DNA of 64,000 bases from an uncultured Spirochaetota bacterium (GTDB lineage: Bacteria > Spirochaetota > Spirochaetia > SZUA-6 > Fen-1364): positions 640,001-704,000 of the forward strand of contig CAVTHO010000004.1 of the NCBI GenBank assembly GCA_963734545.1, in the 5' to 3' direction. The translations under genes and the position numbers were made by a program. The first letter of the stretch is position 1; every line of letters begins with the position of its first letter. A model generated the notes under the pieces. That model was not told the origin of the DNA. It was given only the letters and a program-made list of their open reading frames with translations, and ran no database searches. Below are positions 1 to 9,500 of this stretch, one piece after another.

Positions 1-2
1 CG

Positions 3-1244
3 CTGCGCGACATCGCGGAGGGCGGAATCATCACGCTGGGAAAGGCGGAGAACACGTCCCCTTCCGAGCAAAGGCTCTGGGAGCGCCTGCGCAAGAGCTA
101 CGAGTTCCTCTCCCGCACAAAGAGCTGGCCGCTGATCGGCAACGCGGTATTCGGCCTGCTGGATCGGCTGCAGAACATCCCGCCGTTCTACCCTATCCGC
201 GACATGTCCAATCCCTCCTTTCAAGTCAGGTGGCTGAGGGGGCTGATTCAGAAGGGCATGTGCAGCGGGTTGATGGAAATGATCCGGGAAAAACCCCTGC
301 CGCTTCTCACCACGTTCTACGCCCCGGCCATCGCCGCTGACATCGCCGGCTACGGACGGATCTACAGCGTCATCTGCGATGCCGAGATCAACAGGGCCTG
401 GGTGGCGGAGAATCCGCGCACCAGCAAGATCGTCTACCTGGTCCCCTGCGGCCGGGCCGTGCGGCGGCTGAACGAGTACGGGATTCCCAACGATCGGATC
501 TGGCTCACCGGCTTCCCGATTCCCCTGGAGCTGCTGGGGGACAGGAACATCAGCGTATTGAAATGGGACCTGGGCCAGAGATTGCACTACCTGGACCCCA
601 CCGCGGAACGCTTCTGGCCCATGCACGGCCTGAACGTGGAGCACTTCCTCGGCGCAAAGAACTGCAAGTTCGCAAGGAAGCGCGCCTTCACGATCACCTT
701 CGGAGTGGGGGGCGCGGGCGCACAGACCGACATCGCCTACGCGGTGGCCAGGAGCCTCAGGGACAAGATCGCAAAGGGAGAGGTGAGCTACAACATACTT
801 GCAGGCGTCCGGCCCGAGGTCGCGGAATACCTGGAGAACATCAAGAAAGAGCTTGCGCTTCCCCAGATCCGGATCGTGACCGGAAAAACCCTGAACGAGT
901 ATTTCCAGGGTTTCACCGAGTGCATGCGGACCACGGACGTGCTCTGGACCAAGCCCAGCGAGCTTTCCTTCTATTGCGGGCTGGGCATCCCCGTCATCAT
1001 GGCTCCGCACATCGGCTCCCAGGAGGATTACAACCAGGCGTGGCTCCTGGAGATCCAGGCAGGATTCCCCCAGCAGGATCCGCAGTACACCGACCAGTGG
1101 CTTCTGGACCTTGTCCGCGCCGGTCGGCTCGCGGACGCGGCCTGGAACGGGTTCCTGAAGGCAAGAAAATACGGCACCTACAAGATCCAGGAAATAATGC
1201 TGACCGGCACGATGGAGAAGGAGACCTCGGTACTGCGCAGATGA
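3..1244 (+). CDS. GT-B-fold glycosyltransferase-like protein (UgtP/MurG-like C-terminus), 5'-truncated by the window
   Basis: The frame is open from base 3. The C-terminal 'TDVLWTKPSELSFY..GIPVIM..IGSQEDYN' resembles the nucleotide-sugar-binding segment of UgtP/MGDG synthase-type glycosyltransferases. Confidence 0.55.
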   Translation: MRDIAEGGIITLGKAENTSPSEQRLWERLRKSYEFLSRTKSWPLIGNAVFGLLDRLQNIPPFYPIRDMSNPSFQVRWLRGLIQKGMCSGLMEMIREKPLPLLTTFYAPAIAADIAGYGRIYSVICDAEINRAWVAENPRTSKIVYLVPCGRAVRRLNEYGIPNDRIWLTGFPIPLELLGDRNISVLKWDLGQRLHYLDPTAERFWPMHGLNVEHFLGAKNCKFARKRAFTITFGVGGAGAQTDIAYAVARSLRDKIAKGEVSYNILAGVRPEVAEYLENIKKELALPQIRIVTGKTLNEYFQGFTECMRTTDVLWTKPSELSFYCGLGIPVIMAPHIGSQEDYNQAWLLEIQAGFPQQDPQYTDQWLLDLVRAGRLADAAWNGFLKARKYGTYKIQEIMLTGTMEKETSVLRR

Positions 1245-2567
1245 GGGAGGAGATCCGCACACCGCAGGACGTCTTTTCCTGGGCTGAATCATTCACCAAT
1301 CTCGAGCGCGGGACGTATCCCCCCGACAAGCGCGCCTACCGGCTGGACCGGATGCATCGGCTTCTCGAAATGTTCGACAACCCGGAGGCGCGGCTGCGGA
1401 TCATCCATGTTGCCGGGACAAAGGGAAAAGGATCCACCTCCGCCCTCCTGGCATCGGTGCTGTGCGCCGCGGGGAGGCGCACCGGCCTCTATACATCGCC
1501 GCACGTCGAGAACGCTTTCGAGAGGATCGCGATTGCCGGACAACCTCGCAGGCCCGAGCTCCTGGTCCGGCTGGGTCAGGAAGTGAAGGCGGTCATCGAC
1601 CGGCTGCCTCCGGAGGATTTTCCCGGTCACTACGGACCGACGACCTTCGAGCTCTACACCCTGCTGGCATTTCTCTACTTCCGGGATGCCGGTTGCCAGG
1701 AGGCCGTCGTGGAGACCGGGCATCGGCGGCCGGCTGGACGCCACCAACGTCGTGAGCTCGGTGGCTTCGGTCATCACCCCGCTCGATCTGGAGCACACGG
1801 AAATCCTGGGTGACACGCTGGAGAAGATCGCGTGGGAAAAGGCGGGCATCATCAAGCCGGGCGCGCCGTGCTTTGTCGGCCTGCAGCCGCGCGCGGTAAA
1901 GGAAGTCATCCGGCAGGTCTGCCGTGAGCGCGGCTCGGCGCCCGCGTTTCTCGACGAGGAAACCAGCGAGCGGGTCGCGGTCGTGGATGCGCAGGGCACC
2001 ACGTTTACGCTGCGGCTGGGAGGAGAGCCGGCCGAAGAGTTCAGGCTTTCGATGCTCGGCGAGTTCCAGGCGGAGAACGCGGCGCTCGCGTATCTCCTCG
2101 TGCGGCGAACGAGGCCGGAGATCACCCTCGCGCAATGCCGGCGCGGCTTTCTGGACACGACGCTCCCCGGGCGCATGGAGCTGCGCGGCACTCATCCGAT
2201 CGTGGTTCTCGACGGCGCCCACACGCCCCTTGCCGTCACGCGGCTGCTCGCCGCTTTCCGCGAGGTCTTCCCCGGCGAGGCAGTCCTCCTTTTCGGCTCC
2301 GTCTCCGGAAAGAATCCGCGCGCAATGGCGCAGATCATGGCACCCCACTTTTTCCGGATCATCATCTCCACCCCGGGAACCTTCAAGGAGAGCAACCCCG
2401 GGGAGGTGGCGGACATTTTCCGGGCCGTCAAACCGGAGGCCACGCTGCTGGAACCGGATCCTCGACAGGCGCTTCGGCTGGCCATGGAGGAATCAGAAGG
2501 AACACGTCCCATCCTCGTCACGGGCTCGTTCTACATGGTGGCGGAAATCCGCAGGCTTCTCCGATGA
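1241..2567 (+). CDS. folC: Bifunctional folylpolyglutamate synthase/dihydrofolate synthase (frameshift near 1718-1720)
   Basis: Motifs HVAGTKGKGST, GLYTSPH, TTFE, ETG|IGGRLDATN, EKAGIIK, PGRME, LDGAH, TGSFY, split across two frames by one extra G. Confidence 0.93.
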
Positions 2568-3109
2568 GCGAGCTCCTCGGCGGCAGGCTCGTGGTGGAGA
2601 CGGGGGACATCACCGCTCGCGCGGTGGATGCGATCGTGAACGCGGCCAATTCCTCCCTCATGGGAGGTGGCGGGGTGGATGGCGCCATCCACAGGGCCGG
2701 CGGCCCCGCAATCCTCGAAGCCTGCAGACGCCTCCGCAGGGACCGATACCCGGATGGGCTTCCCGCGGGAGAAGCCGTGGAAACCACCGCGGGCAGGCTC
2801 CCGGCACGATACGTGATTCATACCGTGGGGCCGGTATGGCATGGCGGGACATCGGGGGAGGAGGCGCTCCTGGCGAGCTGCTACCGGAAGAGTCTCGCGC
2901 TCGCCGCGCGGCTCGGCCTGCACACCATTGCTTTCCCGGCGATATCAACGGGCGTGTACGGCTACCCGCGGGAAAAGGCGGCACAGGTTGTCTGGAGAAC
3001 GGTTCGTGATTACCTCGCCGCGTCTGCCGAGCCGCGGGTGGTGACGCTGGAGTTCTACTCGGAGGCCGATGCGCAGGTATTTCTCCGGGCGGCCGGCGCG
3101 GAGAGATGA
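2564..3109 (+). CDS. ymdB: Macrodomain O-acetyl-ADP-ribose deacetylase (YmdB/MacroD type)
   Basis: GDIT...DAIVNAANSSLMGGGGVDGAIH...VIHTVGP...FPAISTGVYGYP; the ATG overlaps the folC stop. Confidence 0.92.
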   Translation: MSELLGGRLVVETGDITARAVDAIVNAANSSLMGGGGVDGAIHRAGGPAILEACRRLRRDRYPDGLPAGEAVETTAGRLPARYVIHTVGPVWHGGTSGEEALLASCYRKSLALAARLGLHTIAFPAISTGVYGYPREKAAQVVWRTVRDYLAASAEPRVVTLEFYSEADAQVFLRAAGAER

Positions 3110-4575
3110 GCAGCGGTTCCCTGAACTGGAGAGAGATCGACCTGGTACTCTCCGAGCTCGGCCTCGAGGGATGCCTGATCCAGGAGGTACACCAGCCCTC
3201 GCACGACAGGATCGTCCTGCACCTCTTCCGCCATGGAACGCAGTTCTCGGTCCTCATCTGCCTGTCCACGCGATTCCCGCGCCTGCACATCCTCACGGAA
3301 AAGCTCGCCAATCCGGAAAAACCGCTGCGCTTCGCCTCCTTCCTGCGCGCCCACATCCGCGGCGGGAGAATCGAGAGCGCAGTGCAGCTCCGCGCGCCGG
3401 AAGCTGCACCTGACGCGCCGGGTGAGCGGATCGTGCGGATAGCCATTCGGCACGCGGGGGAGCAGAAGATACTCTGGATACGTCTCTGGGGCGCCGCGGC
3501 AAATGCAATCCTCACCGATGCGGAAGGCATCATCCTGGACGCATTCTACCGCAGGCCGAAGAAGGGAGAGGTTTCGAGAAAACCTTTCGCGGCCCTGGCC
3601 CCTGCCGGCGCGAGCGGCGCAAAGACCGGACCCGTCAAGGAATACGCGGTACGGGAGCTGCCCGGTGAAGGCACCTTCAATGAAAAGCTCGAGCGCGAGT
3701 TTCGCGAGCGGGAAACCAGCGGAAACGTGGAGAAGCTCGCGGCCGCGGCAGACGCGGAGCTGGAAATCAGCGAGAACAAGGTCCTGTCCAGCCTGGAATC
3801 GCTCACCGCGCGGCTTTCCGAGTACGCCTCCCTCGACAGATACAGGGAGCTGGGGGACCTGGTGACGAGCAACCTGCACGCCGTGACCCGGGGGCAGAAG
3901 TGGTTGAAGGTGGAAGACTTTTTCCACGGCGATGCGCCGGTCGAGATCGAGCTCCAGCCCGACCTTGCGCCGGCCCAGAACGCGGAGATCTACTACGAAC
4001 GCCACAGAAAGGCACGACTGGGCCGCGGCAAGGTCGAGGAAGAGATAGCCCACCTGCAGAAGACCCTGGAGAGGATCCGCAGGCAGCGTGCAGCCATTGC
4101 GCTCAATCCCGACCCGGCAGCGCTCGGCGCCGCGGCAAAAAGAGCAGCGGGGGCGCGCAAGCCGCTCGTCGACGCCGGAACCCCGGGGCTCGTGTTCTTC
4201 TCCAGTCCCTTCCGCATCTTCGTGGGACGCACGGCAAAGGAGAACGACGAGCTTCTGCGCAGGAAAGTGCGGGGCAATGACTGGTGGTTCCACGCGCGGG
4301 ACTGGCCGGGGGCCTACGTCTTCGTGAAGGCGCAGGCGGGCAAGAGCCTGCCCCTGGAGACCCTTCTGGACGCCGCCACCCTCGCCGTGCACTATTCCAA
4401 GGGAAAAACCTCGGGCCAGGGAGATGTGTACTACACGCAGGTCAAATACCTGCGGCGCGCCAAGGGAGCAAAAAAGGGCACCGTGCTGCCCACGCAGGAA
4501 AAGAATCTCCACGTCAAGCTGGACCCGGCTCGTATCGAAAGGCTGAAAGCAGGCGGAGAAATCAAGGAGCCGTAG
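3106..4575 (+). CDS. rqcH: NFACT-family ribosome quality control protein (RqcH/FbpA-like)
   Basis: NFACT-N segment, coiled coil with 'PAQNAEIYYERHRK', and NFACT-R 'VGRTAKENDEL...WFHARDWPGAYV...VYYTQVKYL'. Confidence 0.85.
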   Translation: MSSGSLNWREIDLVLSELGLEGCLIQEVHQPSHDRIVLHLFRHGTQFSVLICLSTRFPRLHILTEKLANPEKPLRFASFLRAHIRGGRIESAVQLRAPEAAPDAPGERIVRIAIRHAGEQKILWIRLWGAAANAILTDAEGIILDAFYRRPKKGEVSRKPFAALAPAGASGAKTGPVKEYAVRELPGEGTFNEKLEREFRERETSGNVEKLAAAADAELEISENKVLSSLESLTARLSEYASLDRYRELGDLVTSNLHAVTRGQKWLKVEDFFHGDAPVEIELQPDLAPAQNAEIYYERHRKARLGRGKVEEEIAHLQKTLERIRRQRAAIALNPDPAALGAAAKRAAGARKPLVDAGTPGLVFFSSPFRIFVGRTAKENDELLRRKVRGNDWWFHARDWPGAYVFVKAQAGKSLPLETLLDAATLAVHYSKGKTSGQGDVYYTQVKYLRRAKGAKKGTVLPTQEKNLHVKLDPARIERLKAGGEIKEP

Positions 4576-4576
4576 G

Positions 4577-7255
4577 ATGCGCAAGTCGACGATACGAATC
4601 ATCTTTCTTCTCTTCTTCTTCACCGGCATCAGCAGCCTGGTCTATCAGGTGATCTGGGTGAGGATGTTCGGCCTCGTCTTCGGCAACACCCTCTACGCAT
4701 CCAGCGCCGTTCTCGCCGCTTTCATGGCGGGATTGGCCCTGGGCAGCTTTCTCTCCGGGCGGCTCATGGAGAAGAGAAGAGACGGACTGCGCGTGTACGC
4801 GGTCCTGGAGCTCTGCATCGGCGTGTGCGGGGTCCTGATGGCGCTCGGCGTCGCCCTGGCATCCCGGATCGACATTCTCATCTTCAGGCGCTTCGCCCCC
4901 TCCTACGGATTTCTTACCGGTCTGCGATTCGTGTATTCATTCCTGCTCCTGGTCATTCCCTGCACTCTCATGGGGGCCACGCTCCCGGCATTGGGCACGT
5001 TCGTAATCGGAGCGCGCGCGGGGGGGGCGTCCCTCCTCGGCAAGCTCTACGGGGTGAACACGCTGGGCGCGTTCGCGGGGTGCTTTGCGAGCGGCTTCTA
5101 TCTCATTGGGGGCATCGGGATATCGCGTACGACACTCGTCGCTGCGGCTCTCAACGTCTCTGTCGCGGCAGCCTCTCTTGTCCTGTTCGGCGCTTTTTCC
5201 CGGAAGACTGCCGCGACCGGCAAAGCGGAGCCGGCCGAGCCGAAGAGCGAATGGCTTTCCGGGCTCGAGGGAAATCCCGTTCTTGGAAGGGTCGTCCTGA
5301 TCGCCTATGCGTTTTCCGGCTTCTCGGCCCTGGCCCTGGAGGTGGCATGGACGCGCTCGCTCGTCTGGGTAATGGGCATGGACTCTTATGCCTTTGCCGC
5401 CATGCTGTGCGTGATCCTGGCCGGGATAGGCATGGGCAGCCTTCTGTACCCGGTGCTGCGGAAAAGGATCCGAAGGCCCGTGGCATTCCTCGGGCGTCTG
5501 CAGTTACTCATCGGACTGTTCGTCGTCGTGTCCATCTTCGCCATCCACCGCGCAATCGGAACAAGGGAGGCCGTGAGCGCTCTCTTGAGCTCGATGAGTC
5601 TGGGCGGTTTGTACAGCGTGATCGCGCCTTACACGATCGTTCAGATGGCGGTATCCGCCGCCATCCTCCTCATCCCCTCCCTGCTCATGGGACTCGCGTT
5701 CCCGATCTACGCGGCGGTGTATATCGGCGTGAAGGGGAGCGTGGGCAGAGGGATCGGCAACATCTATTCCGTCAACACGCTGGGCGGCATTGTCGGCTCC
5801 CTGGCCATGGGCTTCTTCATCATCCCCGTGATGGGTCTCCTGCCCTCTATCGGCCTGATGGCTGCCGTGTACATCGTCGTCTCCCTCGTGATCACGACGG
5901 TGGACCGTGAACAGGCCCGCTCCGGGAAGCTCGTCACGGTCGGGGTCGCGGCCGCTGCCTCGCTCCTGCTCTTTCTCGTGACGGACATGAGCTTCGTGAG
6001 CGTGCTCAAGACCACGCTCGGGGCCGACCAATCGCGGCGGGACGAGTCGATCGTGTATTTCAAGGAGACCGCGACCGGGAGCGTCCTCGTCAAGCAGAGC
6101 GCGGTCTATGGAAAGGAGATGCTCATCGACGGGGTGCAGGTGGCGTCAACCGGGGATTTCGATCTCCATTCGCACATCTACCCGGCGCACCTGATCGGCC
6201 TCCTGAAGCGGGAGCTGGACGACGTGCTGGTCATTGCGTTCGGCGCGGGTGGCACCAGCGGCTCCTTGCTCAAGTACCCGGAAGTGAAGCGGCTCGATGT
6301 CGTGGAGATCTGCGAAGGCGTCATCGACCCTGCCAGGAAGTACTTCTCGGACATGAACAGCGGCGTGTTCGCCGATCCGAGGCTCAATCTCATCATCCAG
6401 GACGGCAAGAACTACATCAAGATGACCAACAGGCGGTACGATGTCATCTACTCGGGGCCCATCCATCCCCAGTCCAACCAGGGAAGCGCGGCCCTCTACA
6501 CGAAGGAGTACTTCGCGGACTGCCGGTCGAGGCTCAAGAGCGGAGGCTTCCAGTGCCTCTGGCTGCCGCTGCACATGTCCTCTCCCGCTGATTTTCTGGC
6601 CATCGTGAAGGCCTACAGGGAGGTGTATCCGTATGTCACGCTGTGGCAGATGCCGGAAACGGAGACCTCCGAGTCCCACCCGCACCTCATCGGATCCATG
6701 GGGCCGATCCTACCGGACTACCAAATTGTCTCGGCGCGGCTCTCACGCCCCGAGATCGCCCGGGATATCGCGCGGCTTCAGGACGCCGGGTTTTCCGAAC
6801 CCGCGCAGTTCATCTCCCAGCTCGCAATGGACCAGGAGGGGCTGGAGAAGCTGATGGACGGCTTCTCCCGGGTCAACACGGACGACAGGCCCTCCGTCGA
6901 GTTCTACAAGAGACCTTTCAACGTGCAGATCGAGAGCAAGAGGACACAGAGCCTCCTCTGCCAGGCAATAGAGAAGATCATGGAAAATCCCGAGCGGTTC
7001 GTTCAGAACGTTCCCCCCTCCGAGAAACCCAGGCTGGGGAGGGAGCTGGCACGGCTCTTCGAGGGGAACAAGGCCCTTGTCAAGGGACATGCATTCTACA
7101 TCGCCCGGCTGAACCTTCAGCCCGATCCCGAGATGCTCTCCAACTTCAACTATCTGATCATCACGAGCTACTCCCGGGCCTACCGGTTCATTCCGGAAAG
7201 CACGTACCTGAAGAAGTTTTTCGAGGAGAACAGGATCACGCCGGTAAAGGAGTAG
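4577..7255 (+). CDS. Fused multi-TM (MFS-like)/spermidine synthase-like protein
   Basis: Repeated 'LYxVNTLG' membrane motif, then a SpeE-like domain (LIDGVQ, VLVIAFGAGG, VVEIC, QDGKNYI, NTDDRP). Confidence 0.88.
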   Translation: MRKSTIRIIFLLFFFTGISSLVYQVIWVRMFGLVFGNTLYASSAVLAAFMAGLALGSFLSGRLMEKRRDGLRVYAVLELCIGVCGVLMALGVALASRIDILIFRRFAPSYGFLTGLRFVYSFLLLVIPCTLMGATLPALGTFVIGARAGGASLLGKLYGVNTLGAFAGCFASGFYLIGGIGISRTTLVAAALNVSVAAASLVLFGAFSRKTAATGKAEPAEPKSEWLSGLEGNPVLGRVVLIAYAFSGFSALALEVAWTRSLVWVMGMDSYAFAAMLCVILAGIGMGSLLYPVLRKRIRRPVAFLGRLQLLIGLFVVVSIFAIHRAIGTREAVSALLSSMSLGGLYSVIAPYTIVQMAVSAAILLIPSLLMGLAFPIYAAVYIGVKGSVGRGIGNIYSVNTLGGIVGSLAMGFFIIPVMGLLPSIGLMAAVYIVVSLVITTVDREQARSGKLVTVGVAAAASLLLFLVTDMSFVSVLKTTLGADQSRRDESIVYFKETATGSVLVKQSAVYGKEMLIDGVQVASTGDFDLHSHIYPAHLIGLLKRELDDVLVIAFGAGGTSGSLLKYPEVKRLDVVEICEGVIDPARKYFSDMNSGVFADPRLNLIIQDGKNYIKMTNRRYDVIYSGPIHPQSNQGSAALYTKEYFADCRSRLKSGGFQCLWLPLHMSSPADFLAIVKAYREVYPYVTLWQMPETETSESHPHLIGSMGPILPDYQIVSARLSRPEIARDIARLQDAGFSEPAQFISQLAMDQEGLEKLMDGFSRVNTDDRPSVEFYKRPFNVQIESKRTQSLLCQAIEKIMENPERFVQNVPPSEKPRLGRELARLFEGNKALVKGHAFYIARLNLQPDPEMLSNFNYLIITSYSRAYRFIPESTYLKKFFEENRITPVKE

Positions 7256-7274
7256 CAGGGGAGAGACGCGGCCT

Positions 7275-7595
7275 CTAGTCTATGTGGAACGCTTCCTCGA
7301 TCTCTTCGATCTCCGCGCCGATGACCCGGGGATCCTTCTTGACGAAGAACCTGTCCATGGCCTTCTGCCACCGCGCGTTCACCTCTGTCCTGCCCAGTTT
7401 CTCCAGGGCTTTCCGCGGGTCATCGGCTTCCAGGTAGGCGAACAGTGTTCCGTCGGGCCGGAAGTAGATGGAATAGTTCCTGATTCCGCTGTCCCGTATC
7501 GCCTTTGCCATGTCCGGCCAGATCTCGTCGTGCGCCTTGATGTACTCCGCCTTCAGCTCGGGCTTTATCCGCATGATGAAGGAAAAGCGCTTCAT
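7275..7595 (-). CDS. rhaM: L-rhamnose mutarotase family protein
   Basis: EYIKAHDEIWP...GIRNYSIY...LFAYLE...VNARWQ; 106 aa. Confidence 0.85.
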   Translation of the reverse strand: MKRFSFIMRIKPELKAEYIKAHDEIWPDMAKAIRDSGIRNYSIYFRPDGTLFAYLEADDPRKALEKLGRTEVNARWQKAMDRFFVKKDPRVIGAEIEEIEEAFHID

Positions 7596-8665
7596 TTCTG
7601 CCCCTTCTCGAAATCAGAGGCCAGGCGGGAAAGCATCTCATCCCGCCTTTCGTACAGGCGGCGCAGGGGACGCGGTTTTCTCTTTGTCAGGGCGTACGCG
7701 GCCATGATGGGAAGCGCAATGGTCGAATCCGTGTAGCAGACAACAGTGTCGGGAAGCTGCTCCGGGTCGACCTTTCCCCATGTGACGGCCTCCTGCGAGG
7801 TGGCACCGGAGAGGCCTCCCGTGTCCACACGCGCGTCGGTGACCTGGATGAAGAAATCGTGCCCTTTCTCCGCCAGCTTGTAGATCTCCTGGATCTGCGG
7901 CTCGGTTTGAAGCGCGAAGTTCTTCGGGCTCCCGCCACCCAGGATGAGCACGCCGCTCTTTCCCCCGGACCGCTTTGCATCGTATACGATGGCCGCCGTT
8001 TCATTGACGTCCAGCTCCGGATCGAAGCCGACCTCGAACCCCTGCAGGCGCAGCGAGGCAAGGCCCATGCCGAGGCTCGAGTCCCCCGGGCTGGAGGTGT
8101 AGATCGGCACGCCCGCCTCGTACGCTGCGCCCAGCAGCGAGCGGTATGAGGTTTTGAGGAGCTTCTCGCGCTCCCGCACGTACCGGCCCAGCCGCCAGTG
8201 AAGCTCGGCCGTGGACATGCGCTTCTGGAACTCTTTGGATTTCAATACCTCGGAAACGAAATCATCCGTCTTGAAGAGAACGTCGGCGTCGAACACGATG
8301 TCGTAAATGCGGATGATCCCGTCGCGGCGCAGCGCCACGTCGTCCACCTGGGGGGGTATCCCGTACAGGGAAAAGCCCAGCGAACGGTGCATGTCGTGAT
8401 AGACATTGGCGCCGGTGGACACGATCCAGTCCACGAATCCCGCTTCCACGAGCGGAACGAACGCGGCGTACCCGAGACCGGTGGGGGTGAGAGCGCCGCT
8501 GATGGTAAGACCAACGGTCACGTCCGGCCCGAGCATCTTGTCCGCATAGATATGACAGGCTTCGCGCAGGCGCCCGGCGTTGTAGGAGAGGAAAAAATCG
8601 TCCACAAGGGAGTCGACCCCGATGCCGCCCGTGATGGGCGCGGGGTCGAGCCTGCGCCCCCTCAT
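7592..8665 (-). CDS. speY: Deoxyhypusine synthase-like protein (SpeY/homospermidine synthase type)
   Basis: SGALTPTG, STGANVYHD, RIYDI, SPGDSSLG, GGGSPKN, TGGLSGA..EAVTWGK with the catalytic Lys retained. Confidence 0.88.
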   Translation of the reverse strand: MRGRRLDPAPITGGIGVDSLVDDFFLSYNAGRLREACHIYADKMLGPDVTVGLTISGALTPTGLGYAAFVPLVEAGFVDWIVSTGANVYHDMHRSLGFSLYGIPPQVDDVALRRDGIIRIYDIVFDADVLFKTDDFVSEVLKSKEFQKRMSTAELHWRLGRYVREREKLLKTSYRSLLGAAYEAGVPIYTSSPGDSSLGMGLASLRLQGFEVGFDPELDVNETAAIVYDAKRSGGKSGVLILGGGSPKNFALQTEPQIQEIYKLAEKGHDFFIQVTDARVDTGGLSGATSQEAVTWGKVDPEQLPDTVVCYTDSTIALPIMAAYALTKRKPRPLRRLYERRDEMLSRLASDFEKGQK

Positions 8666-9209
8666 TACAGGAGGACCGCGGCCGAAACGACCGTCGTCCA
8701 GACGCCTCCCGAGGCCCCCTCCGCCGTCTGCGTGATGCTCGTGCTGTCGACGATATGACCGCCCATCCGGTACTGCTCGCGGCGCTCATTGTAGTCCTTG
8801 TCCAGGTCGAACGGCACGCCGAGCAGGGTGGCGAGCATCGAGGCGGCAAGATCCTCCGCGTAGTCCCCCGCTTCCTTCTCCGTCTGCCCGTAGACGTGGT
8901 GCTCGGAAAGATAGCCGTACATCTTCTGGTCGGCCGGGATCGCGATCCCTATGGAAGCGGCGATCCGCCGCCCCGGCTCATCTGTCGCCATCTCCGCGAG
9001 GACCACGAACGTCACCTCGCCCGCCTCCAGCGCGGCGAGTCCTTCTTCCGGGCTGGCGATCTTGCAGCCGGGGGAAAGATCGACGAGACCCGCACGATGT
9101 TGAGGTGCGCAATGCCGGCGTTGCGGAGGGCCATCTCGAAGCTGTTGAGTTTTTCCTTGTTGATCCCGACCCCGCGGGTCAGAAACAATTTCCGGGGAAC
9201 GAATCTCAC
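8665..9209 (-). CDS. pdaD: Pyruvoyl-dependent arginine decarboxylase (frameshift near 9068-9074)
   Basis: [25 protein letters not shown] (Ser-Ser self-cleavage site) and YGYLSEHH...[18 protein letters not shown]. Restoring one missing G joins the two ORFs. Confidence 0.88.
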
Positions 9210-9236
9210 CTATTTGTTCTCCTCTCGAGCACGCTG

Positions 9237-9265
9237 ACGATAGGGCGGAAGCCCGGTTAAGTCAA
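9237..9265 (-). promoter_or_regulatory. Sigma70-type promoter for pdaD-speY-rhaM
   Basis: Minus strand TTGACT-N17-TATCGT. Confidence 0.55.
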
Positions 9266-9266
9266 G

Positions 9267-9450
9267 GCGGTCACCGTACTCGGTGACATTCATTGCGGTC
9301 ACGGTACCGCGTTCGCGCGGAACGCGTACGGCCTTCGGGGCCGAGCGCGTACTCGCGCACTCGCGTACGCCGTGACATTCATTGCGCCGGCCGCCGTTCA
9401 TGTCGTCACGAATGCCACGGCCTGCCGTGGCCGCGGTGCGCCGCGGCATT
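9267..9450. repeat. Cluster of REP-like GC hairpins, including TACT-loop hairpins
   Basis: gtcaccg-tact-cggtgac, gcgcg-tact-cgcgc, cgcgttc-gcgcg-gaacgcg, ggcc-ttcgg-ggcc, gccacgg-cctg-ccgtggc; 'gtgacattcattgcg' occurs twice. Confidence 0.7.
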
Positions 9451-9500
9451 CATGCCTGCGCTTGCATTCACTCCGGCATTCCACGATACTTTTTATTGGT

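Noticed and set aside
7592-8665. Eukaryote/archaea-like hypusination of a translation factor
   Set aside because: Bacterial DHS-like genes beside arginine decarboxylase are better explained by polyamine synthesis, and no EF-P/IF5A gene is nearby.
9267-9460. Riboswitch or ncRNA controlling the polyamine operon
   Set aside because: The hairpins lie upstream of both predicted divergent promoters (9237-9265 minus; about 9462-9490 plus), match no riboswitch I recognise, and recur elsewhere as repeats.
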